NCBI GenBank assembly: GCA_964016885.1
Contig: OZ024744.1
Span: 72,850,001 to 72,914,000, forward strand
Origin: Eledone cirrhosa
Taxonomy: Eukaryota
Length of the DNA stretch: 64,000 nucleotides
Reading direction: 5' to 3'
The notes beneath the pieces were generated by a model. That model had not been told where the DNA came from. It saw only the letters and a list, made by a program, of their open reading frames with translations, and did not search any database. The position numbers were made by a program, and so were the translations under genes. Below are positions 37,410-49,975 of the stretch, piece after piece (position 1 is the first letter of the stretch; every line of letters starts with the position of its first letter).

Positions 37410-38630
37410 CAAGTGCAACTAGCCATGCTCATGGATGTTATCCAATAATCTTCCTTGTGGTCTACCTCTGGGACTCCTGCCAGTTGGTTTTGCCTATAAA
37501 ATCTGTCAAGTGATTCTTTCTTGAGACATGCTAACCACATGTCCATAGTACCAGAACTGTGATTTCACACTTCGGAACAGTAGCATTTCTACCTGGAGTC
37601 ATTTTCTGCTCTCTAAGTTATGCACTCTATCGAGTAACATTACTCCAAAGACCCTTTGACGGAACCCCATTTCAACCAATTGTATTCATGATCGTATTCT
37701 TTCGGCTATTACCCAAAATTCATAACCATAGGTATTGGCTGGCACGAATACTGAACTGATAGTGAGTTTGGCTTTTACACCTACTTCCCTTCTTCTAATT
37801 ACCGAATGCTGAATCAGCTCCAGCAATTCTTCCACTTAATTCAGTCCTCTGCTTTCCACCACTTATGAACATGGTCCCGAGATACATGAACTTCTCCACC
37901 TGCTTCAGTGGATCTCTACATGCATCTAGAGTGCACTTCACAGGCTTCCTTGAGAGGATGAGTGTCTCAGTCTTCACAGCACTGATTTTTATTCTAGCCA
38001 TGCAACACTCAGCAGTAAACCTATGAAGTGCATATAGGAGATCACTTTCTAAGTAATACCATGTAGTCCTCAAATTTCAGCCGACTGATCCTATATAAGC
38101 CAGTCTTGGTACCACTTCCAGCCTGGCTGTGCATGTCAATCCTGTTCATGAAGAATATGAACTGGTGAGGTGACTGTATGCACCCTCGGTGGAGTTTGAC
38201 ACCTACATTGAATGGTTTTGAGTTAGCACCATTTGTCCAAACACAAATACTACTAAGGCAATCATATAGAAACTTCAGGGTGACGAGAAGCTGTCTTTCC
38301 CTCCCATACTCCTGCAGAATCTTCCACAACAGGTCCCATGGAACATGGTCATATGACCTTTTGAGGTTTACGAAGCAAGCATACACCACAATTTCTCGAA
38401 AACCTACTTCAGTGTGAATATTCAGTCGGCTGTGAGCATCCCAAGCAAAAGCCACACTGTTCGTCAACTAGATTGGACTCCATAATAGCCCTACATCTCT
38501 TTGTCAGACACTTAGTATAAACTTTACTGGGGAGGCTTAACAAAGAGATCCCTCTATAATTCGAGCAATCTGTCTTGTCCCTCTTTTGAAAATTAGAATT
38601 ATCACTCCTGATTGCCTTCCATCTCAATAT
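37410..38630 (-). mobile_element. RTE-clade (Expander/Rex3-like) RT and 3' region, decayed
   Basis: CSNYRGISLLSLPSKVY, DEQCGF, VYACFVNLKRSYDHVP, VEKFMYLG. Related pieces at about 6610-6880 and 31390-31610. Confidence 0.85.
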
Positions 38631-40395
38631 TTTGTAAGGAACATTTAGTCAGCTATGTATCAATTACAGCTTTATTACGAAAAATCAGTTGGTTGCTTAT
38701 AAAATTGATTGTAAAACACATATATATGTTTCCAATGAAAAAAAAATACATATATGGCCATGAAATGTTGTGAATGATGGAGTAAATGTTTGGAATTGTC
38801 ATTCAACTATATCATCATCACTACCACCACAACTACCATCATCATATTCATTATCCTCATCATTATCATCATTTTATGTTCATTTGTTTTCATGCCAGTA
38901 TGTGTTGTAAGTATCTCACCAATTGCTGGAGTTTATATCATCTGATAGATACAGTAACAGGGAAAGCCATCCAACATTGTTGTGTATGCCTAATAATGTG
39001 GACTGCAGGATTAAACCAGCAGTTATCGTCGTTTCGGACCTCACAGACCATTAAATTCATAATTTTAAATCCCATGGACCATTAATATGAATTTGTTTTT
39101 AAAAAGATGAATACATTAAAATTTTTCTGCCGACCAGCAAAGGTTTCTCTCAGACCACCGTTTGGTGACCGCTGGACTAAACTGTCCAGTGTACTGTCAG
39201 CATGAGAAATGAAAATATACCAAACAGAATGAAGGTTAACTCATTGGTTTGTCTATGTGTTTTAATTAATTTTGAAGTACATATCAACCTGCTGGTGGTA
39301 CAACAAACTGCTCAGTAAAGTGATTGGTATCAGGAAGGGTATCCAGCTGTATAAATTATGCCAAAAAAAAAGATAAAAAGGATGTTTTACTCACGTCAGA
39401 GATATGACTGCCTCCTTAGTATTGGTGTCACAACAAAATGCACACAATACATTTTGTAATGTTGTTGGTGTTAGGAAGGACATTCAGCCATACAAACTGT
39501 ACCAAATTGGAGCATATTGTGCAAGGCATGTTCCACTGACACATCCGGCAGGACAGTAGCTCTGATTAAGTACTAACTTTGTCTGTACTGAGCCCTCCAA
39601 GCCAGGACAGCATGAGGAGGCGGATAATGTCATACGATTTTCTCTGGAAAGTTGGATCTTTTCTACATATTTACTTCTTTTAACCCATTTCAAGTCACTT
39701 GAGTATGTGGAGAAGCCTAATTTTAAAAAAAATTAAAACTAAATAACTCTGTGTGAATGTGTGTCTATCCGCGTGTGTGTGTGTGTGTGTGTCTGCATGC
39801 CTCCACCCTTGTGTGTGGATGACTCTGTTAATAGATATAGATGTGAAATCATGTTTTTAGTGTTTTTGTTTCACTTAGAAAACATTTCTTTCCAACCACT
39901 GATTTGAAAAAAGAAATGGCAAAACAAAATATAATTTAAACAGAATTAAATTTAAAAAAAAAAAAAAAAAAATTTTAGAAACCTATTAATGTTGTGACAT
40001 TATGTATGTTTTCAACCTACTTGCTAATTGTTATATGAAAAAAAGATATGACCGTACCAAGAAAGGTTTTTCTGTGAAACTATATTACCCTCTCTCCATC
40101 AGATTTCACCACTTTTTCTTTTCTGATTTTATTTGTTTATACACACGCACACACACATACACACATACACATATATGTGTATATAACTTTTGCTATTTAA
40201 TTTATATGGAATAAACTGCCAATGTAAAAGGAAAAGAGCTTGCAACTTGTTATAATAACTTTGAAATTGTTCTTTTCTGGTTTATATCAAACATCCTTCT
40301 TGGTGCTGTAAACTTAAACATAATAATAATAATAATGTTTCTACTTTTTGGCACAATTACCCAGTACATTACTGGTACTTTATTTTATCAACCCC

Positions 40396-40433
<38 letters not shown>

Positions 40434-40439
40434 CACCAA

Positions 40440-41397
40440 CTGCAGCTGTAGCACCAATATTTTGGTCCAAATCAGAGAATACCGGGATTGAGATATAGAT
40501 TGTACATTTTGCTGTTGAGAAAATGTGTGGTCAAAGCTGTTCAAACTGTGGCTGAAAGCAAATTGCATGATGCTTGTGGAAGAACTGCAATGTTGCATGG
40601 AAGTGAGGCATGAGCTTTGAGTGCAGCAATTCTCAAAAGATTGGAAAGAAATGAAGCAAGCATGTTCTGATGGATATGCACAAGAGACAAAATGTCATTG
40701 AACTGTGAGGAAAGCTAAGCATAAAAGGGATTAGATGCAGTGTACAAGAGAGAAAACTCGTGGTTTGCATATGTGAGGCATAGGAAGGATAATAGGTGCA
40801 TAAAAATAGAATCTGCAGAAAACTTGGGATGACCTCACATAACTGAACCTCACAAAGAAGATGATACAGGACTTGAGTCAAATAGAGATATGTTGTACTG
40901 CGAAAGATTGACCCCCACTCCTCACTTGAGTGGGGTGAAATGCAACTAGACATATTGCTTGCTTTTCCACAGTACTGGTACTAGGACAAAAAGCTCTCAG
41001 CCCATCCTGTACAATGGTAATGTTGATGCCACAATGAAAAGTATCCAGTCCACTTTGTAAGTGGCCATACTGGAACCATGACAAAAGCACCCAGACCAAC
41101 CTGTAAGGTGGTCATGCTGGTGACACAACAAAAAAGCACCTAGTCCAGCTTGTGATGTGGTCATGCTTATGCTGTGACAAAAAAATCACTCAGTTCACCC
41201 TGAAAGGTGGTCGTGCTGGTGACATAACAAAAGGCACCCAGTCCACCCTGTATTATGGTTTGCATTTTTAACTCATAGAAAACCAGATCAAAAGACAGAT
41301 CATATATGCAACACATTATTACCTGAACTGTCTGGCCTCATAGACCAGCTAACGCTTGCATGCATACAAAATAGACATTCATCAGTGATGATGATAA
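40440..41397 (+). mobile_element. Decayed RTE 3' region with five-unit pseudoknot-type array
   Basis: AMLHGSEA, LERNEASMF*W; about 48-bp units from 41012 to 41252; (GAT)n tail. Confidence 0.75.
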
Positions 41398-42010
41398 TGG
41401 TTTCTGATTTAGGCACAATTTTGGGAGAGGGGGAAGTCTATTAGATCAACCGCAGAGCATTGCTGGTACTTTATTTTATCAACCCACCAAGTATGAAAAG
41501 CAAAGCTTTGACAGGATTTGAACTCAGACCAGGTATCGAAAGCACATCCATCATTCATTTCTTTTTTAACCATTTTCATGTTTACATTTGAAAAGTGGGT
41601 ATTATCCCTGAAATATGTTAAATTATACTTTGTTTTGCATCATCTGTCATCCTTTGCCCTTTATATATTTTTACTGTATTGTACCGGCTTTCTGAAATTT
41701 ATCAATTATTTAGTACATATCCCCAAACCCTTCATACTACACTGGACACACTGGAAGAGGAAGACTGAGGTTAACATATGTTGATGTCCTAAGGACAGAC
41801 ACTGGTCTCTTGGAGATGCAGGACATGGCAGCGATAATGAGGGACAGAGACCGCTGGAGAGAACTCGTCAATGGATCTCGGGAATTTTACCCGCCCTAGA
41901 TATATATATATGTGTGTGTGTGTGTAAGAGGTAAACAGAAATAACAACACAATCAGTACAGTATATGAAAGAAATATATTAGGTTAACGCTTGAAATAGC
42001 AGGAAGAGGG

Positions 42011-42048
42011 TCTTGATGTTTCGGATGCTAGTCCTTCATCAGGAGAAA
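42011..42048 (-). ncRNA. Minimal Penelope-type hammerhead motif (decayed)
   Basis: Minus strand UUUCUC CUGAUGA A GGA-CUAGCA-UCC GAAACAUC AAGA. Stem III ACAU is probably CpG-decayed ACGU; stem I is weak. Confidence 0.55.
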
Positions 42049-43482
42049 GAATGAGAAATAAGATAGATTGAAGGGACGGGCAGTTTGGAATTGGAAAAAA
42101 TGTCTTTATATTTATTTATATATATATATAGTCTTAATATTTTTTTTGCAAGATTCTTGATGTGAAATCATGTCTTCAAACAGATATTGTTTTACTTAGG
42201 GAGGGCTATGATGGCAATAAACACACACACACACCAATTGAGTTTCACATTGGTTTTATTATTAATCAGGTAATTAATCCATTCCTTGGTTACTTTAGTA
42301 ACCAGATGGTTGTTTGTCATTTAATTATCAAAGCACTTTTGTCACACATTATGTGACCTTGTCAATGACTATACTTGCTCCTCTGTGTCTTTTTATCATT
42401 TTAATTTGTTTTATTTACTCCATTTTGTTAGAAATTGGTGGTCCTGGCCAATTGACTTCAGAGGGGTTCCTCTGAAGAGCAATGTTTCATTGTCACTTTT
42501 GACCAATGGATGACTTTTCCTATGGCTTTACCTGTGACCCTAGGTTGGTGGCAGCCAGCTGGTATGCTTTGCCAAATCGCAATTTCTGTTTGGTCCAGGA
42601 TAGCTTATTTCCATATTTTCTGCTAACCCCTATATCTAAATGTTGGTTCCCTATTTGCCACATGCAAACCCATTGAGTAGAACCTATCTCTCCTTATTCT
42701 ACTGCCTTGTATGCAAAATAACCCAGTTGATTTTTATAAGAACACCTCATTTAATCTTCTTAGTGCTGTGGGTGACTGAATGTGCCAATAGAGTAATCTC
42801 CGCTTAATACATAATACAGCATCAAGGGAAGCAATTCATAAAAAGATTCAACCACTAGAAAGTTAATCAACTTCAGCTCTTCAATCATAAATAACTATTT
42901 CCACCCTTCATCAATAACCCAAAGTATTATTGATCTTTCTATTCATCTACTATTTTTTTTTTACTAAGTTTAATTATTTCATTTTGGTTTATTTTAGTTA
43001 AACCATAGTTATCTTCCTTCTAATTCTTTGCCAATAATTGCCAATAATTTATAAAATTCTTCTCATTTTTTCTAACCATGGCTTCATTGTTTTTAAATCC
43101 ATTAACATACCACCACTGTTCTTTCTATTGTGTTATTTGTTCATCTTCATTAACGTCACTACCACACCCAATCTACCATGATAATTAAACAAAGGCTATT
43201 ATCACACTAATCCTTATTCCAGCTACACACCGACTGATTGTCTAATTCTATCTGCTACACTGAAGTAATTTCAATGGCCCCTTCTAACCTTTCACTTTTC
43301 CTCCACCTTCACGTTCCACCATCTACTTTCCTTTACCACACTCTCTTTTTACTAAGCTGGCCATGATCTCTCCTTAACAGATATGTTCTCAGTACCCTGA
43401 CAATTATTATTGTTGTCTTTTTGCAATCACAAAGTATAAATATTAAAACTGGAATTTCTGTCAAATACAAAGTCTATCTCAT

Positions 43483-43711
43483 TTAACCCTTTAGCATTTA
43501 AACCAGTCATATCCTGCCAGAATTCTCTCACTTCTTTCTGTTCAAACCAGTCACAACCGGCTGCTCATACTTATGTTAATGTATTGTTCCCAAAATAAAT
43601 AATATCAAAATCTTGCGGATTCAATATTATGTGCGATAATTATGTAAGGTAAAGCCTTTACCATGAAAATACATTAGTAAATATAGAGTAATGTAAATGT
43701 TAAAGGGTTAA
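43483..43711 (+). mobile_element. piggyBac-type MITE (best preserved copy)
   Basis: TTAA-CCCTTTAGCATTTA ... TAAATGTTAAAGGG-TTAA. Confidence 0.9.
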
Positions 43712-43714
43712 TCT

Positions 43715-44560
43715 GAAGGTTTGTGCTGTCCCCAGCAAGCATACCCCTTGCATAATGATAATTTATTCTTTCATCTCTATCTTGACTAACCATCCTTTAT
43801 GACTGCTTGACACTGTGCCCAAAGGACCAGTAATAACTGGTATTATCTCTACCTTCCTGCAATTCCAAATTCTCAAATGTTCCTGCTGTAATTCATTATA
43901 CACTCTTAATTTTTCTTCCTTCTTCTCTCAAATGGACAGGCAACATCTATTATCCACATTCAGCCTTATTAAACAAATCAATATCTGGATTTCAGTGCTC
44001 TAAGACTTTGTCTGTGTGTGAAAATCTCACAACAGTTTGACCATTTCATTTACTATCACCCTTTCAAATTGATGATTACACCAACTGAAGCTGAACTTAC
44101 AACAACGTCTCCAATGGATGATATGAGCCACCCTGTCATGTCTCCACAACTTTATTGCCTTTGAGCTAGTCCAGTATATCTGTTGACAGTATGGGTGACT
44201 GTTTTATTACTTGATCTAAATATTCAACACTAATCTGTTACATATTCCCCATCAATATGTTTTCTAATGCATCTTGTCCTTGGATATTGACCCTGTGCAG
44301 TTATTAAAAAGCCTTCTGTCTAATTTTTCATATAGCCTTTCCTGATCCAATCCCAACTTTTCTTTCCTCTGATCGTTTCAGTCTCCATATAGAACTTTCT
44401 ATCGGGTGCTGTTTGTTTGGACCTCTACTTTCTAGCAGCAATTATGTCTTTCTTTTCTTTTTATCTTTGCTGATCATTTCTTCTACTTTTACTTCTTTGA
44501 ATCACTGCTTTTACCCTCATTAGCACCATCATCAGCTATGCTGGCAGGGGTTGATAATGC
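43715..44560 (-). mobile_element. R4/Dong-like C-terminal region (zinc-knuckle and restriction-like endonuclease part), decayed
   Basis: WDWIRKGYMKN*TEGFLITAQ, KTVTHTV..GLAQ, RIWNCRKVEIIPVITGPLGTV, LLGTAQ. Confidence 0.7.
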
Positions 44561-44606
44561 TTCTTAACAGGGAGAACTGACATGAAATTTATATATATAT
44601 ATATAT

Positions 44607-46207
44607 GGACCGTCGGGGATAGTTGCTGAGATGCTGAAGGCATCAGGTGAAGTAGGCATTAAACTGGTTATATATGGTGGTGTCATACCCAAAGACTGGT
44701 GCAGCAGTATTTTCATAAAAGGTAAAGGGGATGCTCTAGAGAGGAGCAATTATAGGAGCATAAAGCTGATGCATCAGATTATGAAAGTGGCAGAGAGAAT
44801 ATTAGCGCAACTGATTACAGAAAGGGTCAAATTAGATGAGGTGCAGTTTGGTTTTGTGCCTGGGAAAAGTACAACAGATGCTCTCTTCTTAGTGAGGCAA
44901 ATACAAGAGAAGTTCTTAGAGAAGAATAAGCCACTATACTTAGCTTTTGTTGACCTAGAGAAGGCCTTTAATAGGGTACCCCGATCTGTCATCTGGTGGT
45001 CCCTAGGAAAATAGGTGTAGAGGAATGGCTTGTGAGGGCAGTGCAAGGTATGTACAGGCGTGCTGTCAGTAAAGTGAGAGTAGGTATGGAGTTTAGTGAG
45101 GAATTCCAGATACAAGTAGGTGCACATCAGGGTTCGGTCCTCAGACCGCTCTTGTTCATTATAGTCCTCCAAGTCATAACAGAGGAGTTTAAGACTGGAT
45201 GCCCATGGAAACTTCTAATTGCTGATGATCTGGCTCTTATAGCAGAATCAGTAGAGGAGCTAGAGAATAAATTCTGGCTATGGAAACAGCAATTGGAATC
45301 AAGAGGACTGAGAGTGAACTTAGCTAAGACAAAAGACTTGATAAGTAGAAGAGAGGACAATACTCCAGTTCCATCAGGGAAATGGCCATGTTTGATATGT
45401 AGGAAAAGGAACTGGCATAAATTCCATAAAATGTACGCAATGCAGATCTTAGATACACAAGAGATGTAGTGGGATAGCAGGCAAACTAACAGGTAGGGAA
45501 AACTACATATGCAGTAGATGTACAGGGAAAGCTGGCAGTATTAATCACAGCATAGACACATTTTTCCAATGCAGGTGGGTACTATAGAAGTGGTTGATAG
45601 CTTCCGGTACCTAGTTGATCAGATTAGCATGGGAGGAGGGTGTTCCGAGGCCATAGTGTCTAGAATAAGGACAGGTTGGAAGAAGTTTAGGGAGCTGCTT
45701 CCTTTGTTGACAAAGAAGGGTTTCTCCCTGTATACGAAAGGACGGTTATATGATGCCTGTGTGAGATGCACGATGCTGCATGGTAGTGAGACATGGGCAG
45801 CAACTGCAAAGGATATGCGACGACTGGAGAGAAATTAAGCAAGTATGCTCCATCGGATGTGCAATGTCAGTGTGCGTGAACAACCAAGCATGGACGAGTT
45901 GAGAAAGAATCTGGGTATAAGAGAGATAAGTTGTGGTGTGCAGGAGAGAAGGCTGAGATGGTATGGACATGTGATGTGCATGGAGGATGACCGTTGGGTA
46001 AAGAAGTGCCAAGAAATCCCAGTAGAAGGAAGATGCAGTAGAGGTAGACCACGTAAAACATGGGTGGAGGTGGTGAGAGCAGACCTCAGATTGCTGAAAC
46101 TCACCGAGGAGATGACGAAGGGCCGTGACAAGTGGAGAGATACTGTGCTGAATAGGACCCGTCCCACCCTTGCAAGCAGGGAAAAGCGGACGTAAAATGA
46201 TGATGAT
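44607..46207 (+). mobile_element. 5'-truncated RTE LINE (RT, PHD, thumb, short 3' tail), a few stops and frameshifts
   Basis: NYRSIKLM, QFGFVPGKSTTDA, FVDLEKAF, HQGSVL, IADD, RRLRWYGHV, GRPRKTW, (GAT)n; inserted in (TA)n. Confidence 0.95.
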
Positions 46208-46395
46208 TATATATATATAATTGAATATACAAGAGAGATAAATACAAAGATAAACATTCATGTGTTCGAAATGTAAAGGACCAAGTTCACTAGGGTGAAA
46301 AAAATACTAACTATAACAATATGGTTTGCCAGACTCAATTTAAAGTAATAAATCAAGAAGAAAAAGAACAAACCTATATTGGGCAACTGCCTGAA

Positions 46396-46477
46396 ACACC
46401 CAGACAGCTATCTATGGTAGCTGTTTCGCAAATTATTAAGTGAAGGAATCACTAATTTTCTGCTCCTCAGTGGGCGT
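46396..46477 (-). ncRNA. Type I hammerhead ribozyme with intact catalytic core
   Basis: Minus-strand RNA ACGCCCA-CUGAGGA-GCAGA..UUUGC-GAA-ACAGCUA CCAUAGA UAGCUGU-C-UGGGUGU. Stem I 7 bp, stem II closed by G-C, stem III 7 bp, GUC triplet. Predicted cut between 46403 and 46402. Confidence 0.85.
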
Positions 46478-46738
46478 AAAAATTAGTAATCCTTCCACTT
46501 CTAAGTATATCAGAAGACTGAATAGTGTGTGAATATAAAATAACGCACATGGCTTCAGAACCTAGCGTGTCTCATAAACCTACGCTGCTAAAAATAGCAG
46601 CCGGGTTTACTCAACATTTAAATTAGCTCAACGAGACAGAGCTGACAATATCAGATATTGAGTTTCTGATATATATATATATATATATATATTATCATCA
46701 TCATCATTGTTTGACATCCATCTTCCACACTAGCATGG

Positions 46739-46773
<35 letters not shown>

Positions 46774-46816
46774 ATTGAGATCTGAGAGAAAAGAGTACTC
46801 AATACTGAAGTAGAGG

Positions 46817-46890
46817 TTTGTTACTCTGGAGTTTCTCCGGTTCTTTCCTGATGACCCTGTGATAAACAGGCAAAACTCCAGAGTAACAAA
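46817..46890 (+). ncRNA. Degenerate hammerhead motif within an 18-bp inverted repeat
   Basis: CTGATGA (46848) C CCTGT-GATAA-ACAGG C AAAACTCCAGAGTA, with G12 mutated to A; arms at 46817-46834 and 46873-46890. Confidence 0.5.
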
Positions 46891-46929
46891 ACTCACTATT
46901 TAGCCTTAATAAAATGAATATATATAAAG

Positions 46930-47125
46930 ACAGTCGATCGACTTTTGTCAAATCGGACCGAGGTAACAATGTTTCCATTGGTTTTTCCAATTGCTAATAC
47001 TTTCTATCGCCTGCAACTCCAGGTAGAAGGAGCAACAGGAAATAAAGTGTCTTGCCCAAGGACATAACGCATCGCCTGGTCCGGGAATCAAACTCACAAC
47101 CTAACGATTGAGAGTCCAATTCTCT
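46930..47125 (-). mobile_element. tRNA-derived CORE-like SINE
   Basis: Reverse complement of the 32372 family. Confidence 0.85.
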
Positions 47126-47284
47126 CTATATATAGCTGACTAAATACACACATGCTTTTTCTCAAAAAATCTTTTTCCATTCCTTTCTCTTCGTACTCTA
47201 TCTTTCTATTTCATCTTTTATTTTTCATTCTGTCTTCCAATGGAGGAGTAGTGTCTGAAAAATAAAAACTGTTTTCTTACTATA

Positions 47285-47580
47285 TCATGGCAGAGTCATT
47301 AAGACATCGGATAGAATGCTTTACGATATTTGTCCCACCTCATTGCATGCTGTGAGTTCAAATCTTGCCATGGTCAACTTTGCCTTTCGTCCTTTCAAGG
47401 TTGATAAAAAAAGTACCAGTCAAGTACTGGGGTCGATTCTTCCTCTATAGAAAAAATCGTCTGTGTTCAGACCTGGAGAGGGTTGGGCTCTGCCAGGTTT
47501 AAAAGTGCCCTAGACACACTGTATGATGGTGCCTCTACGACTCCACAAGGAGTTACGGAATATTTATCCTTATCCATGCA
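47285..47580 (+). mobile_element. SINE-A head with alternative tail
   Basis: TGGCAGAGTCATTAAG..GAGTTCAAATC..CTTTGCCTTTCGTCC plus the shared alternative tail. Confidence 0.75.
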
Positions 47581-47656
47581 TTAAACTGTTATTTTTCTTC
47601 ATTGTACTGTGTTGTTTGCTTTGTTGTTTCCATTTACTTTTTGCATACACGTATTC

Positions 47657-47990
47657 AATAAATAATTGTTTCTACTTTTGGCACAGGGCCAGCAATTAAC
47701 CAGTACATTACTGGTACTTTATTTTATCAACCCCCGTAACGATGAAAGGCAAAGTTAACTTCGGCGGGATTTGAACTCAGAATGGCAAGGGCCGTAACTC
47801 TATGCATCAAAGCATGGTGTCCGGCCCTCTACCGATACTGCCAATCCACCGCCCTTCTGCCAATCAATAAATAATTGTTTCTACGTTAGGCACAAGGCCA
47901 GCAATTACTCAGTGTATTACTGGTACTTTATTTTATCGACCCCGTAAGGATGAAAGGCAAAGTTAACTTCGGCGGGATTCAATAAATAAT
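47657..47990 (-). mobile_element. Two tandem SINE-A copies separated by a thrice-repeated target site
   Basis: CAATAAATAAT at about 47657, 47865 and 47980; one full copy and one 5'-truncated copy. Confidence 0.85.
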
Positions 47991-48181
47991 GAGAACATTT
48001 CAGGAGAGGTATTAAATATCATTCAATTATAATGCTACTTTGTGACAGACTTACATACAGTGTATAAAATGACAAAATGGCAACTTCCTGTTTACCTAGG
48101 CTGGAACACAGCAGTGTATGTGTTAGAACCAGTGTTATCCGATTTGCTAATCTGTCAACATGTGGGAAGATGCAGGGAAAC

Positions 48182-49190
48182 ATGGAGCAACGTTACACCA
48201 TCAAATATTGTATTAAACATTAAGAAAACCAAACAAGAAGCCTATGTAATGTTAGAGGAGGCCTATGCAGGTGAATTGATGAGCAAAGCAAGTTTCTACA
48301 GATGGTTTAAATGATATTCTGAAGGAAATGAACAGGTTGAGGATGAACACAGATCTGGAGCACCGAACACCACATGGAAGGAAGAAAACATAGAGGATGT
48401 ATGAAGGTTAGTGATGTGAGACCATCAGGCTACAGTAAGATTGATATCTGAAGTTATTAGCACAGCGGAGACAATTCTCACTAAAGATTAGATGCTCCAC
48501 AAAGTCTAAGCTAAGTTTATTCCAAAAAATCCTCTCCGATAACCAGAACACTTTCATATGTAATGTTGCACTGACATTCTCGATATGATAGGGGCTGGTT
48601 CTGGTTTCCTGAAGAAGGTAGTGACTTGCAATGAGAGTTGGGTATTCATGTATGACCCTAAGAGCAAATGTTAGAGTGCCCAGTGGAAGCACATGTCCTT
48701 CCCCTGGCCCAAGAAAGCCAAGATGAGCAGGTCACAAAAGAAGACCAGCGTCATTCTTTTCTTTCACTCCCAGGGGGTAATTCGTGTTGAATAGGTTCCT
48801 GAGGGCCAAACCTTCAATAAGCAGTATTACCTTGAAGTTCTGAAAGATACAGGGAGAGGCTGAGGAAGAAGAGGCCACAGCAGTGGAGAGTGGTGGTTCT
48901 ACGAGGACAACACCCTATGACACAAGTCAATGCTAGTGACCAACAGGGGAATGAAAGTGGTACAACATCCATCCTTCCGCCATGATGTGGCTCTTTGTAA
49001 CTTCTACCTGTTCCCATGAATGAAAGACAACAGAATCAGATTTGAATCAACACAGATGCTGAAGGAGACATCAGCAAATTTGCTGATGGTACTGCAGAAG
49101 AATAACTAGGAGGGGGCCTTCCACATTCGGGGGAGATGTCTGCAAGTGTGTAGATGTGAAAGGTCATTATTTTGAAGGAGGGTCATTAAA
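48182..49190 (+). pseudogene. mariner-family transposase remnant
   Basis: MEQRYTIKYC, MLEEAYAGELMSKASFYRWFK, EDEHRSGAP, VTCNESWVFMYDP, VPEGQTFNKQYYLEVL, ALCNFYLFP, GHYFEG; many stops. Confidence 0.9.
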
Positions 49191-49842
49191 ATTGATCTCA
49201 GTGCATTAAGTACCAGCAGTGGACATTGGTGACTATCTGGCAATCAATGTTTATCATTGATTGAACAACGGTTACAAAATACAGATGTAAATATATATAT
49301 AGTCTATCAAAGTTCTTTCGTCACACATCTGTGACATCATATGTTTCCTCCCATTGTATTGTAATGCCTACGCCATTTAAAATGACGTAGGCATTACAAT
49401 ATATATATATATGAGAGAGGGAGAGATGGATGAATGAACAGATAAATAGAAGGATGTTTGGGAATTAGTTTGTATGAGTGCACACATTCAAGTATGAATG
49501 AATCTGTAGTTTTGTTAATCTGTGTATCTTTATTTTTTTTAGAGTAAATTTTAAATTATTTTTATTTTATATTATTCAAATTTAAATTTTCCCAATGCAT
49601 TTAGAAAAACCTTAGAGGGTAAATTTCGTTCCAGTTCACTGAATGTATAATAAAAAAAAAAATAAAGATATTGAATGTTTGCTGGAATTAAGCAATCTTT
49701 TTCCGTCTAAAACTTCTGTCTATTCATCTTCTTTATATTTTATATTACCTCCCTTTTTCCCAGGACTTATTTATTCTTTATTACTTTTACTATTATACTA
49801 TATTCTTATTATATTATTATCATTATTATTTATTTTATTTTG

Positions 49843-49907
49843 ATATATATTATATATATTATATTATATATATATTATATTATATATATATATATATATT
49901 ATATATA

Positions 49908-49975
<68 letters not shown>

